From an uncultured Actinomycetes bacterium (GTDB lineage: Bacteria > Actinomycetota > Acidimicrobiia > IMCC26256 > DASPTH01): a stretch of DNA of 64,000 nucleotides. Shown piece by piece: positions 11,777 to 22,472 of this stretch. Position numbers and translations under genes: made by a program. The DNA lies in assembly GCA_963705625.1 (NCBI GenBank), contig CAVPKG010000001.1, positions 673,867-737,866 on the forward strand, given 5' to 3'. Each line of letters starts with the position of its first letter. Positions within the stretch are counted from its first letter, which is position 1. The notes beneath the pieces were generated by a model. It was not told where the DNA came from. It searched no databases and was given only the letters and a program-made list of their open reading frames with translations.

Positions 11777-13304
11777 ATGAGCGCGCCGTGGAACTACGAC
11801 CTCTACATCAACGGTGAGTGGACCGAGGGCGAAGGCGGCGGGAAGATCGACGTGATCGACCCCGCGACCGAGGAGTCCATCGGCAGCGTGGCCGAGGCGT
11901 CCACGAAGGACGCGGTGCGCGCGATCGAGTCCGCCCGCAAGGCGTTCGACGAGGGTCCGTGGCCGTGGATGAAGCCCGCCGAGCGCGCGGCCGCACTCAT
12001 CCGGATGGCCGAGGGTCTCGAAGCACGCGGCGCCGAGCTCCGCGAGCTCATCGTCGCCGAGACCGGCTCCACCGGGTTCATCACCGACTTCGTGCAGGCC
12101 GGTGGCTCGATCGGCATGTTCCGGTCGAACGCCGAGCAGGTCCAGCACGCGGTCGAGTGGCTCGAGATGGGCCCGCCCACCGGTGGTCCCACGAGCGTCG
12201 GTGGCAGCGCGATCGTGCGCGAGCCGATCGGCGTCGTCGCCGCGATCACGCCGTTCAACTTCCCGTTCATGCTCAACACGGTGAAGTCGGCGCCCGCGCT
12301 CGCCGCCGGGTGCACGGTCGTGCTGAAACCGCACCCGTGGACTCCTCTCGACGCGTTCCTCATCGCGGAGGTCGCGGAAGAGGCCGGGATTCCTCCGGGC
12401 GTGTTCAACGTGATCACCGGCCACGCCGAAGTGGGTGACGAGCTCACGAGCAACCCGATGGTCGACATGGTCACATTCACCGGCTCCACGGCCACCGGTC
12501 GCCGGATCATGGCGTCGGCCGCGCCCACCGTGAAGCGGGTACAGCTCGAGCTCGGCGGTAAGAGCGCGGAGGTGCTGCTCGACGACGTGTCGGAGGACTA
12601 CGCGCGCTCGGTCGGTTTCGGCGCCGTGCTCGCGCACTGCGGCCAGGGCTGCGTGATCAACACACGGCTGCTCCTCCCGGAGCACCTCCTCGACGCGTAC
12701 AAGGAGGGTGTCGCGGCGGCGCGCGCCCATGATCAAGATCGGTGACCCCCGCGATCCGTCGTCGGTGCTCGGACCACTGATCCGCGAGCAACAGCGCGCG
12801 CGGGTCGAGGGCTACGTGGCGTCGGGCAACGAGCAGGGCGCCGAGCTGGTCACCGGCGGGAAGCGACCGGAGGGGTTCGACAAGGGCTTCTTCTACGAGC
12901 CGACCGTGTTCATCGGCACCAACGACATGCGCATCGCGCAGGAAGAGATCTTCGGTCCGGTGCTCACGGTCATCCCGTACTCGGGCACCGACGCCGACGC
13001 GGTCCGCATCGCCAACGACTCGATCTACGGCCTCGGCGGCGGCGTGGTCGCGGCTACCACCGCGCGCGCGTTCAACGTCGCCCGCCAGATCCGAGCGGGC
13101 AGCATGAGCGCGCAAGGCGTGGGCCAGGCGGCGGTCGCCGACATGGGTCCCGGTGGCGGTCAGGGTCCGGGTTGGGGTGCCGGCATGGCGGGCATCGGCC
13201 AGACCGGCGCGTTCGGCGGCTACAAGCAGAGCGGCCTCGGCCGCGAGTGGGGCCGTCACGGGCTCGAGGAGTTCACCGAGATCAAGTCGCTCAGCTGGAC
13301 GTGA
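11777..13304 (+). CDS. Aldehyde dehydrogenase (frameshift near 12720)
   Basis: ITPFNFP, FTGSTATG, LELGGKS, GQGC, EEIFGPV, FGGYKQSGLGRE. Confidence 0.93.
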
Positions 13305-14071
13305 CCTCCTCGTCGGAGCTGTTCGACCTCACGGGCAAGGTCGCGGTCGTCACCGGGGGGAGCCGCGGGATCGGGCGCGCGGTGGTGCTCGGTCTCGCCG
13401 CGGCCGGTGCCGACGTGGTGGTCGCGAGCCGCAAGCTCGACAACTGCGAGGCGGTGGCAGCCGAGGTCGAGGAGACCACCGGCCGCCACGCGCTCGCGGT
13501 GGGCTTCAACGTGGGCCGGTGGGACGACTGCGATCGGCTCGTCGACGCGGTGTACGACCGGTTCGGGCACTGCGAGGTGCTCGTGTCGAACGCCGGGTCG
13601 TCGCCGCCCTATCCCGACCTCGTCTCGGTCACCGAAGAGCTCTACGACAAGACCCACGCGGTGAACGCGCGCGGGCCGTTCCGCCTGGGCGCGTTGTTCG
13701 GCGCGCGGATGTTCGAGGCCGACGGTGGCTCGATCATCAACGTGAGCACCGCGGGGTCGCAGCGACCGAACACGTTCGACCTGCCGTACGCGATGGCGAA
13801 GGCCGGCCTCAACGCGCTCACGCTCGGCCTGGCCGGTGCCTACAACCCCAAGGTGAGGGTGAACACCGTGATGCCGGGGCCGTTCCAGACCGACGTCACC
13901 AAGCACTGGGCGCCCGGCACGGTCGACCGCGTCAACGAGACCAACCCGATGCGACGCATCGGCCAACCCGAAGACATGGTCGGCGTGTGCGTGTTCCTGG
14001 CGAGCGACGCGTCGAGCTACGTGAACGGCGCACAGATCCTCGTCGACGGCGGCTCCTTCCGGAACTTGTAG
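13301..14071 (+). CDS. SDR oxidoreductase
   Basis: GTGA overlap with ALDH stop; TGGSRGIG, SNAG, YAMAK. Confidence 0.9.
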   Translation: MTSSSELFDLTGKVAVVTGGSRGIGRAVVLGLAAAGADVVVASRKLDNCEAVAAEVEETTGRHALAVGFNVGRWDDCDRLVDAVYDRFGHCEVLVSNAGSSPPYPDLVSVTEELYDKTHAVNARGPFRLGALFGARMFEADGGSIINVSTAGSQRPNTFDLPYAMAKAGLNALTLGLAGAYNPKVRVNTVMPGPFQTDVTKHWAPGTVDRVNETNPMRRIGQPEDMVGVCVFLASDASSYVNGAQILVDGGSFRNL

Positions 14072-14084
14072 ATTCGCTCGCTCC

Positions 14085-14116
14085 CTGCGAGCCGGGGTAC
14101 CCGGCTCGCGGCCGTT
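14085..14116. repeat. REP-like palindrome between convergent genes (possible bidirectional terminator)
   Basis: GCGAGCCGGG-GTA-CCCGGCTCGC at 14087-14109; flanks match the 55.5 kb repeat unit. Confidence 0.8.
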
Positions 14117-14213
14117 CGCTCGCTGGCGAGCGACTCATCTCGCTTCGCTCGTCTTCGTCGCCGCGTGCGCCAGACCGCCTCGGTCCAGTCGGCGCGAGCG
14201 GCGGAGTTCTGAG

Positions 14214-15450
14214 TCAAGTAACCGCACCGTCGATCTTGAGCTGGAGCACGTCGTCGTCGCCGATGCCGAGCTCGCGGAGGATCTCGTCGGTGTGCTCGGC
14301 GAACTGTGGCGCGCGCGTGAGCGTGGGCGGCGTCTCGTCGAACTGCACGGGGTTGGCCACCAGCTCGCGCTCGTTCCCGTCGGCGTCGACGACCGGCACG
14401 ATGTAGCCGTTCGCGCGCATCTGCGGGTCGTCGACCGACCTCGAACGCGTCCTGACGTCGGTGACCACTGGCCTTCGAGCGTCTCGAGGATCATCGAGCC
14501 ACTCCGCGTACGGCTTCTGGCGCGAACGCCTCTTTGATGTACTGGCCGGCCGTGTCGGCGTTCTCCATGATCTTCTCGGCAGTGTCGAAGCGTTCGTCGT
14601 CGACCAGGTGCTCGAGCCCGAGGTGCCGGCACGTGTCGGCCCAGTACCGGCCGGGCTGCAACATGCGTGAGGCAGATCCAGCGATCGTCGGCTGTCCGGT
14701 AGAAACCGACGAGCGGGTTCACGGGCTGGTGGGGCGGCCCCGCCAACGACCGCGCCGGGAGACTCCCGCCGACGAGCCGCGATGTTGACCGACAGCGCGG
14801 TGGCCCACGCGCCCGACACTGAGCAACGAGACGTCGACCACCGACGTCTCGCCGGTCCGTTCGCGTGCGAGGAGCGCAGCCGCGATCCCGCCGGCGATCG
14901 TCATGCCACCGATCGAGTCGCCGTACGCACCGGCGGGCTGGTCGATCACGCGCGGCGAGTCTCCGGGGGTCGCGCCCATCGCGCGTGTCCGCCGCGCGCC
15001 CAGTAGACGCTCATGTCGTAGCCGCCCTTTTCGGCGTCGGGTCCGCGTTGGCCGTGCGCGCTGCCGCGCACATAGATGATGTCCGGGTTGACGGCGCGGA
15101 TGTCGTCGACTTCGAGGCGCAAACGACGCCGTGCCGCCGGGCAGGAAGTTCGTGAGGAACACGTCGCTCCGGCGCACCAGAGCGTCCAGCACCTCTCGTC
15201 CGCCGGTCGTCTCGAGCGCGAGACCGATGCTGCGCTTCCCGCGGTTGGGGTGCTCCATCAGCGGTTGGAACGACCCGGCCCCGGCTCCGCCGGTGCCGAG
15301 ACGGAGACCGCGCTGGGCGTCGCCGGTGACCGCGTGCTCCACCTTGATCACGTCGGCGCCCCAGTCGGCGAGCACCGCTCCCGCCGAGGGCGTGAACGTG
15401 AACTGCGCCACCTCCACGATGCGGATGCCCTTCATCGGCTGGTAGGTCAT
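14214..15450 (-). CDS. CaiB/BaiF family CoA-transferase (several frameshifts)
   Basis: PMKGIRIVEVAQF, DWGADVIKVEH, NRGKRSI, GAYGD, APQFAEHTDEIL. Confidence 0.9.
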
Positions 15451-15549
15451 GGGGCCCGCCTTCCACGGCTATGGTCGGAGATCTGGGCGATGTGCAAAAG
15501 TATCCCGACGCCCACATCGTGCCGCTGAGGGCCGGATTCCGACGGGAGA

Positions 15550-16752
15550 GTGTGCGTGGCCGAGAGAACGTTCCCCGTCGTCGACAGCGACAGCCACGTC
15601 TTCGAGCCGCCCGCGCTCTGGGACCAGTACGTGCCGTCCGGGTACGAAGGGCTCGCGCGGTCCGCGCTCTGGCACTTCGAGGATGCGGGGCGCCGTCTCA
15701 CGGTGCTCAACGGACAGCCGGCGAAGGAACTGAACCGCAGCGCGATCAACCGCCAGGCGATCTGGCGCCCCGGCATGTCGCTCGACGACATCGGCGCGCT
15801 CGACCCGTCGATTCCCCACGCGATCAATCCGGGGGCGAGCGACGCGAGCGCCCGGCTCGCCGACATGGACGCGCTCGGGATCGACCAGGCGATCGTGTAC
15901 CCCACGCTGTTCCTCGAGTACTACCCGCTCGTCGCCGACACCGTCGCGGCCGACGTTCTCGCGCGCGCGTACAACGACTGGGTGGCCGACTTCGCGGCGG
16001 CCGGCGACGGACGGCTGCATCCCGTGGCGGTGCTCCCGCTGCAGAGCCTGCCGCTCGCGCAGCGCGAGCTCGATCGCATCGCGGCGAACGGCTTCCGCGC
16101 CGCGGCGCTGCGGCCGATGTTCTACAACGGCGCCTACATCGAAGGGGACGTGTTCCAGCCACTCTGGCGTCAGCTCGAAGATCTCGGTGTGGTCGCGTGC
16201 GTGCACCCGTCGGTCGGCATCACGAACCCGGAGCCCACGTCGGCCGGCGCGCACGCCGAACGCATCGCGGAGCGGCTCCGCATCGGCCATTCGGTCGCGG
16301 AGGCGGTTGCCGGGATCCAGGACGCGGGCGTGTTCCTCACCGCCGCCACCTTCCACGGGCTCCTCGAGGACTTCCCCGACCTGAAGCTCGCGCTCGCGCA
16401 CAGTGGGGCGACGATGGTGCCGCTGGTGCTCGAGAAGGCCGAGACGTATCTCTGGCTCGGGAGCGGCTTCGGGCGCACGGGGCCCGTGAGCCTCGAGCCC
16501 GAAGAGGTCTTCCACGAGCACCCCGTGCTCACCTCGTTCGACTCGTGGGAGACGCCCGTCGCGCGGATGCCCGACGAGTTCGCCGATATCGCGGCGTGGG
16601 GCTCGCGGTATCCCAACCACGACACGGGTACGCCCGCGGAGGCGATCGACATGCTGCGCGCGCACGACGTCGACGAAGAAGTGATCGCGCAGCTCATGGG
16701 CGGCAATGCGATCGAGCTGTTCGGTCTCAAGGTTTCGGTCACTACCTCGTAG
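15550..16752 (+). CDS. Amidohydrolase_2 family protein
   Basis: VVDSDSHVFEP, RLADMDALGIDQAIVYPT, WGSRYPNHD. Confidence 0.87.
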   Translation: MCVAERTFPVVDSDSHVFEPPALWDQYVPSGYEGLARSALWHFEDAGRRLTVLNGQPAKELNRSAINRQAIWRPGMSLDDIGALDPSIPHAINPGASDASARLADMDALGIDQAIVYPTLFLEYYPLVADTVAADVLARAYNDWVADFAAAGDGRLHPVAVLPLQSLPLAQRELDRIAANGFRAAALRPMFYNGAYIEGDVFQPLWRQLEDLGVVACVHPSVGITNPEPTSAGAHAERIAERLRIGHSVAEAVAGIQDAGVFLTAATFHGLLEDFPDLKLALAHSGATMVPLVLEKAETYLWLGSGFGRTGPVSLEPEEVFHEHPVLTSFDSWETPVARMPDEFADIAAWGSRYPNHDTGTPAEAIDMLRAHDVDEEVIAQLMGGNAIELFGLKVSVTTS

Positions 16753-16776
16753 TGACCCATGAAGTAGGAGACGGTG

Positions 16777-18240
16777 ATGGCAGAGCGAATGACGAAGTCC
16801 TTCCCGATCTTCGACTGCGACGCGCACGTCAACGACCCGCTCGAGATCTGGTCGAAGTACGTGCCCGAGTCGGAGAAGGAGCTCGTGCAGAACGCCTACT
16901 GGCGTGACGACAACACCGCGATGACGAACGGCAACCAGTGGTCGTTCGGCGGTGGTGGTGGGCTCTTCCAGGGTTCGTACAACCCGATCTGCATCGCCGG
17001 CCCGCAGATGAACAAGAAGATCCTGCGGCGCATCCAGGGCATGACGCCGCTCACCGAGGACCAACGTGTCTACTTGGAGCACCAGGGCGCGTACAACGCG
17101 GTCGCGCGCACCAAGGAGATGGACCTCATGGGGATCGACCAGGTGCTGGTGATCCCCACGATGATGATCATGAATTTCCCGTTCGTCGAGAACGCCGACG
17201 GCGCCAAGGCGTTCTGCCAGGCCTACAACAACTGGCTCACGGACTGGTGCGCGGAAGTGCCGGGACGGCTGTACGGAGCGGCGATGCTCCCGCTGCAGAG
17301 CCCGAGCTACACCGCCGCGGAGATCCGGCGCATCGCCGATCTCGGTCACCCCGTGGGTCTGATCCGGCCCATCGACGCGCGCGGCGCGTATCCCAACAAC
17401 ATCGTCCCCGACGACAACCCGTTCGCCGCGTTCTTCGGCGGTGGCGGCGAGGTGTTCGACGAGGTCTTCAAGACCTTCGAGGAGACCGGCGTGTGCCTCG
17501 GCATGCACACGTTCCCCGCGGGGCCGTGGCCCTCGGGCAGCCGCAGCGCCGGGCCCGGCACGCTCATCTCTCCCGGCGAGTACCTCGGCATGGCCGGTGT
17601 CGACACACAGACCCTCTCGTTCATCTACGAGATGCAGACCTGGCTCGCGCAGGTGCTGCTCGGTGGCGTGCTCGATCGCTACCCGAAGTTGAAGATGCTG
17701 GTGTTCGAGAGCAACTCGCAGTGGCTCCCGTTCATGCTCGAGCACTGCGACCGGCTCTTCAAGCTGTACCGCAACGAGCGCAAGTTCGAGGCGAAACGGC
17801 TGCCGTCGGAAGCGTTCTACGAGCAGTGCGCGATCAGCTTCGAGAGCGACGAAGTGCAGACGATGCGCCAGTGGGAAGCGTTCGAGAACATCGGCATCTG
17901 GGCGTCCGACGCCTACCACCACGACGGCGCGGACTCCTGGAGCGCGATCCGCGAGATGCGGGCTGTCGGCGTGCCCGAGGAAGTGCAGGCGAAGCTCATG
18001 GGCGGGAACGCACGCCGGCTCTACGGCATCGAGCCCAAGACGTTCGTCACCGACGAGCCCGGGCCGATCGATCGCCCCGACTGGTTCCCCGGCGGTCCCG
18101 AGCTCGACGAGTGGGCAAACGTGGTCGCGCACCCGCGCCAACACGCGAAGGAGCTCGCCTCGATGGGCGACGGCTCGGTCGACCAGTTCAACCGCACCGC
18201 GCGGCAGTTCTCCCGCGCCGCGGGTTCCGGCCCGTACTGA
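16777..18240 (+). CDS. Amidohydrolase_2 family protein
   Basis: IFDCDAHVND, MDLMGIDQVLVIPT, WASDAYHHD, GGNARRLY; AGGAG SD. Confidence 0.88.
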   Translation: MAERMTKSFPIFDCDAHVNDPLEIWSKYVPESEKELVQNAYWRDDNTAMTNGNQWSFGGGGGLFQGSYNPICIAGPQMNKKILRRIQGMTPLTEDQRVYLEHQGAYNAVARTKEMDLMGIDQVLVIPTMMIMNFPFVENADGAKAFCQAYNNWLTDWCAEVPGRLYGAAMLPLQSPSYTAAEIRRIADLGHPVGLIRPIDARGAYPNNIVPDDNPFAAFFGGGGEVFDEVFKTFEETGVCLGMHTFPAGPWPSGSRSAGPGTLISPGEYLGMAGVDTQTLSFIYEMQTWLAQVLLGGVLDRYPKLKMLVFESNSQWLPFMLEHCDRLFKLYRNERKFEAKRLPSEAFYEQCAISFESDEVQTMRQWEAFENIGIWASDAYHHDGADSWSAIREMRAVGVPEEVQAKLMGGNARRLYGIEPKTFVTDEPGPIDRPDWFPGGPELDEWANVVAHPRQHAKELASMGDGSVDQFNRTARQFSRAAGSGPY

Positions 18241-18309
18241 ACGCCCTCGCCCCCAGTTTCGGGTGGTAGGCCGCCCCGTGCTCGGGATCTCGCGGGCCCC
18301 GCGTGAATT

Positions 18310-19916
18310 TGTGACGATCCCGGAGATCTGCAGGTCGGAGATCTGCAGATCGGCGCGTTCACCTCGGAACCTCCGTGGCTCGTGGATCCCGAGCAGATGC
18401 CCTGGCGATCGGGCATCGAGGCACTGCGAAGCGCACCCGCGCGCAAGTGCCCAGGCTCATCGCGCACCGATGGATGCCTCCGGCGCGCGCGGCGACGGTC
18501 GTCGCGAAGCTCTCGAGAGCGCTCGTCCCCTGGGCACTGCGGGAGCGGAAGCACCGCGGTGATCCGGAGGCAGTGGGCCGCCTCGCAGTCCCGCTCCGCA
18601 CTGCGTTCGAGTCGCTCGGCACGACGTACATCAAGTTCGGTCAGGTGATCGCGTCGGCGGACGGGATGCTGCCGGCGCCGCTCGTCGAGGAGTTCAAGTG
18701 GTGCCGCGACCAGGTACCGCCGGAGCCCTTCGAGCGCATCCGCGAAGTGATCGAGGCCGATTTCGGGCGGCCCGTCGGCGCAGTCTTCGAGCAACTGGAC
18801 CCGCACCCGATCGCGGCGGCGTCGATCGCCCAGGTCCACGCGGCACGCCTGGAGGACGGCACCGACGTCGTGGTGAAGGTCCAGCGGCCGGGGATCGATC
18901 GCGTCATCGCGCGTGACCTCGCGGTGATGTCGTGGTTTGCGCCTCTCGCCGAGAAGCGTGCCCCGCAAGCAACGCTCGCGAACATTCCTGCCTACATCGA
19001 GCTGTTCGCGGAGACCATCCTCGAAGAGCTCGACTTCCGCTTGGAAGCCCAGAACATGCTCGACATTGCCGCGGTGCTCGCGGCCACGAAGCAGCGCCCG
19101 GTCGTCGTGCCACGGCCACACCCCGAGCTCGTCACGCGGCGGGTGCTCGTGATGGAGCGGCTGCGCGGCTTCAAGATCGACGAGGACGCGGAGATGCTGA
19201 TCGCGGGCGTCGACCCCTCGCCGGTGTTCAGCGCGCTCATGGTGGGCTTTCTCGAAGGTGCGCTGATCCACGGCGTGTTCCACGGCGATCTCCACGGTGG
19301 AAACATGATCGTCACCCCGGAAGGTCGACCCGGCCTCTTCGACTTCGGCATCACGGGGCGCCTCACCGCCGATGCCCGCGGTGCCCTCCTCAAATTGCTC
19401 ATGGGCGGTACGACGCAGGATCCCCGCGCGCAGCTCGACGCCTTCCGAGATCTCGGAGGCTTCCCGCGCGATGCGGATCTCGACCGGATCGCGGAGGAGC
19501 TCCGCATCGACGAGCTGCAGACGATGGCACCGGCCGAGATGACACCCGACGAACTCGCCACGCAGATGCGCGACCTCGTCACCAGTCTGGTCGCGCACGG
19601 CGCTCGTTTGCCCAAGGACCTGTTCCTGTTCATCAAGGGGATGGTGTACCTGAACGGCGCCATCGCTACCCTGGCCGCCGACGTCGACCTCTTCGGCGAG
19701 ATGATGGCAGTCCACGCGCACTTCGTCGCCGAACACAGCGACGTGCTCGTGTCGGAGTTCGGCATCGACCTCGGCGCGGTCGACTTCGACGTGGACTTGA
19801 TGCGCGAGCAGGTCCGGATGCAGACCGGTGCCGACGTCGATCGGCTCACGTTCCGCGAGCTCCAAGAGCTCCAGGCCCAACAGAGAGAACGGATGCGCGA
19901 GGGTCGGACTCGTTAG
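18310..19916 (+). CDS. ABC1/AarF/UbiB family atypical kinase (start uncertain; frameshift near 18430)
   Basis: [40 protein letters not shown]. Confidence 0.88.
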
Positions 19917-20035
19917 GCCGCGAACGCATGCCCGTCGAATCGCTCTCGGGTCGTGAAGGTCTCCACCTTGTCGCGGCGCAGCTTGGTGATCTCCCTCACC
20001 GGCTTCCCCCAACGGGATCATCGTCGCGAGCACCG
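19913..20035 (-). pseudogene. C-terminal remnant of a nitroreductase gene
   Basis: After removing one base it reads [39 protein letters not shown], nearly the same as the C-terminus of the nitroreductase at 45468. Confidence 0.8.
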
Positions 20036-20136
20036 AGATCAATGGGCGTGCTCGGAGGTGTCATCGCAGTCCGCTGCTGGTGACACCCTGCCGTGCGCGA
20101 CCGGACCGTCCTCGAAGATGGTGGGCGCGCACCAGA
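20029..20136 (+). repeat. Two-hairpin interspersed element, copy 1 (5'-truncated at the hairpin-1 apex)
   Basis: CACCGAGATCAATGGGCGTGCTCGG ... CTCGAAGATGGTGGGCGCGCACCAGA. Confidence 0.85.
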
Positions 20137-20304
20137 GCGGGCCACTTGGCGCGCGTCGCGCCTCGACGCGCTTGTCGATCAGTCTTGCGCCGAACACCCC
20201 GCGAGGTCGCGGGTCGCGTCGGTGCAAGAGTGTGGGCTGTGGAGGCAGGTCGCCCGCAGGTTGACGAATCGCCACTGTCGGAGGGCGAGTCGCGGGTCGA
20301 GGGG

Positions 20305-21450
20305 GTGAGCCGAAATGTGAAGGTGTTGGCGTTGGTGTCGTTCTTTCAGGACACCGCGTCAGAGATGCTCTATCCGGTCCTGCCGATCTTCTTGACCACT
20401 GTGCTGGCAGCCCCGGTCGCGGTGGTCGGCATTATCGAGGGGATCGCCGAGGGCGTCGCGTCAATCATGAAAGCCGTCGCGGGTCGGCTTGCCGACCTGC
20501 GAAAGCGGCGTCCGCTCGTCGCGGGCGGTTATGGGCTCTCGTCGATCTCGAAGCTGGTGATTGGTCTGGCGTATGCCTGGCCGGTGGTCTTGGTCGGGCG
20601 GGTGGCGGACCGTCTCGGCAAGGGCCTGCGCGGACCGCCCCGCGACGCGATCATCGCGAGTGAGACCACGCAAGCGAACCGCGGCCGCGGGTTCGGGTTC
20701 CATCGCGCCGCCGATACCGCCGGAGCCGTCTTCGGTCCGCTGCTCGGACTCGCGCTCTATGAAGCGATGGGCCAAGAGATCCGGCCCTTGTTCTTCGTCG
20801 CGTTTATCCCCGCCGCGCTCAGCGTTGGGTTGATCGGCTTCGTCCACGAACGACCGCATCACCGCCACGGCGACGTGCCACCCGCGTTCTCCCTGCACGG
20901 CTTCCCCCGGCGGTACTGGCGACTCATGGGCTTCCTCGGTGTGTTCGCGTTCGTGAACTTCACCGACGCGCTCTTGATCTTGCGTGCGAAACAACTCGGC
21001 CTGGGCTTCGCCGCCATCGTCTTGGTCTACGCGCTCTACAACCTCAGCTACGCGGCGCTCAGCTACCCGGCGGGACGACTCTCGGATCGCATCCCCCGAC
21101 GCGTCGTCTTCGGGGGCGGCCTGATCGTCTTCGCTACCGCATACATCGGACTCGGACTCGCGCAAAGCAGCGGCTGGGTGTGGCTACTCATGCCGCTCTA
21201 TGGCTGTTACACGGCGCTGACCGACGGCGTCAGCCGAGCCTGGGTCGCCGACACCGTCCCTACCGATCTCGTGGGCACTGGCCTCGGCACCTACGCCGCC
21301 ATCTCCGGTGCCGGTGCCGTCACCGCCGGAGTATGGGCGGGCCTGGCATGGAACGGCACCGGAGAACTCCCGCTTCTCGTCTCGGGAGTCATCGTCGCGA
21401 TCCTTGCCACCATCCTCCTGGGCGTGGGACAACTCCTCGACCGTGCATGA
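20305..21450 (+). CDS. MFS transporter
   Basis: VSFFQDTASEMLYP, GRLADLRKRR, DRLGKGLRGPPRDA, GRLSDRIPRR; multiple hydrophobic segments. Confidence 0.9.
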   Translation: MSRNVKVLALVSFFQDTASEMLYPVLPIFLTTVLAAPVAVVGIIEGIAEGVASIMKAVAGRLADLRKRRPLVAGGYGLSSISKLVIGLAYAWPVVLVGRVADRLGKGLRGPPRDAIIASETTQANRGRGFGFHRAADTAGAVFGPLLGLALYEAMGQEIRPLFFVAFIPAALSVGLIGFVHERPHHRHGDVPPAFSLHGFPRRYWRLMGFLGVFAFVNFTDALLILRAKQLGLGFAAIVLVYALYNLSYAALSYPAGRLSDRIPRRVVFGGGLIVFATAYIGLGLAQSSGWVWLLMPLYGCYTALTDGVSRAWVADTVPTDLVGTGLGTYAAISGAGAVTAGVWAGLAWNGTGELPLLVSGVIVAILATILLGVGQLLDRA

Positions 21451-21497
21451 CCAAGAGCACGCGTTGCGCGCTAGATCTGATGCCGTTCGGGGGTGAC

Positions 21498-21630
21498 CAC
21501 ACACTCCTTTCGTCAATGTCTGCCAGCGCCGATATTGATGGGCGTGCTCGGTGGTGTGTTCCCAGGTCAATGCTGATGGCATCCTGAGGTGCGCGCGCTG
21601 GCTGTTCTCGAAGATGGTGAGTGCGCCGGA
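21498..21630 (+). repeat. Two-hairpin interspersed element, copy 2
   Basis: CCTTTCGTCAATGTCTGCCAGCGCCGATATTGATGGGCGTGCTCGGTGG ... TCTCGAAGATGGTGAGTGCGC. Confidence 0.88.
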
Positions 21631-21753
21631 GCGGGGACTCGGTGCTCTGACGCGATGACGGTCGGGAAGCCGCCGCACGCCACCTACGTTTCAAACCGGT
21701 CCGCACGACCGTGCGCTCCAACCGAGGGCCGGACTTGGGACGCTCGGGTGGCG

Positions 21754-22195
21754 TTAGCCGGTGAATGTGGGCTGGATCGCTACTACGGGCGCGGGCTTGG
21801 GAGCAGGGGCGGGAAGCGTGGTACTGGTCGTGGTGGTAGTTGTCGTAGTAGTCGCCGTGGTGGCAGGAGGCATCGTCGTGGTGGTGGTAGTAGGAGGTGG
21901 CGGCAGCTGTGCCTCGACCGCTCCGAGGTCGCACAGTCCGCCGGTCTGCTCGGGTCGGGGTAGGAGTCGCTGTCGGTGGTGATACCCGACGCCGGGCCGC
22001 TCTGGCAATCCACGTTCGGGATGGCGTTGATGAGCGGGCTCCCGCCCCCGAGGTTCCATCGCTCCATGAGGCCAGCCACGATTCCCGGCAGGCCCGCAAG
22101 CCACGCCGATCCCTCGGCACCACCCCACTCCAATGCCCGCTCACGGAGCGGCGGGAGATCCGACACCTCGAAGTGCGCCCCGCCTGATCCCATCA
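21754..22195 (-). pseudogene. Chimeric remnant: N-terminus of an aminoglycoside/hydroxyurea-kinase-like gene joined to the C-terminus of a secreted choice-of-anchor-Q-like protein
   Basis: WGGAEGSAWLAGLPGIVAGLMERWNL, then GSPLINAIP..C..GITTD..CDLGAVEAQ, a Thr/Pro-rich linker and terminal PVVAIQPTFTG*. Confidence 0.6.
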
Positions 22196-22472
22196 ATGAA
22201 TGGTCGCAGACCCGCCAGCGCTCCGAACAACATGGTCTGTCGCCGCGGGGTCCGCTCACGAGCCATGAGCGTCCTTCACACGACCGACGATCGCCGCAAA
22301 GAGATGCGGACGGCCCGTACCGGTATAGATCGTGACCGATACGTCACCACCCGAAGAATGCTCCCCGGCCGCGACAACCCTGACCCACAGGCCCTGCGGA
22401 TCGACCTGGAGACCCGCTGGCGGTGAGAGCGCAGCGCGGGCATCCTGAGCGAGTCGGGCGGAACACATTCAC

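Noticed and set aside
18322..18351. 15-bp tandem duplication GGAGATCTGCAG at the ABC1 kinase 5' end
   Set aside because: Two in-frame copies only; consistent with ordinary slippage.
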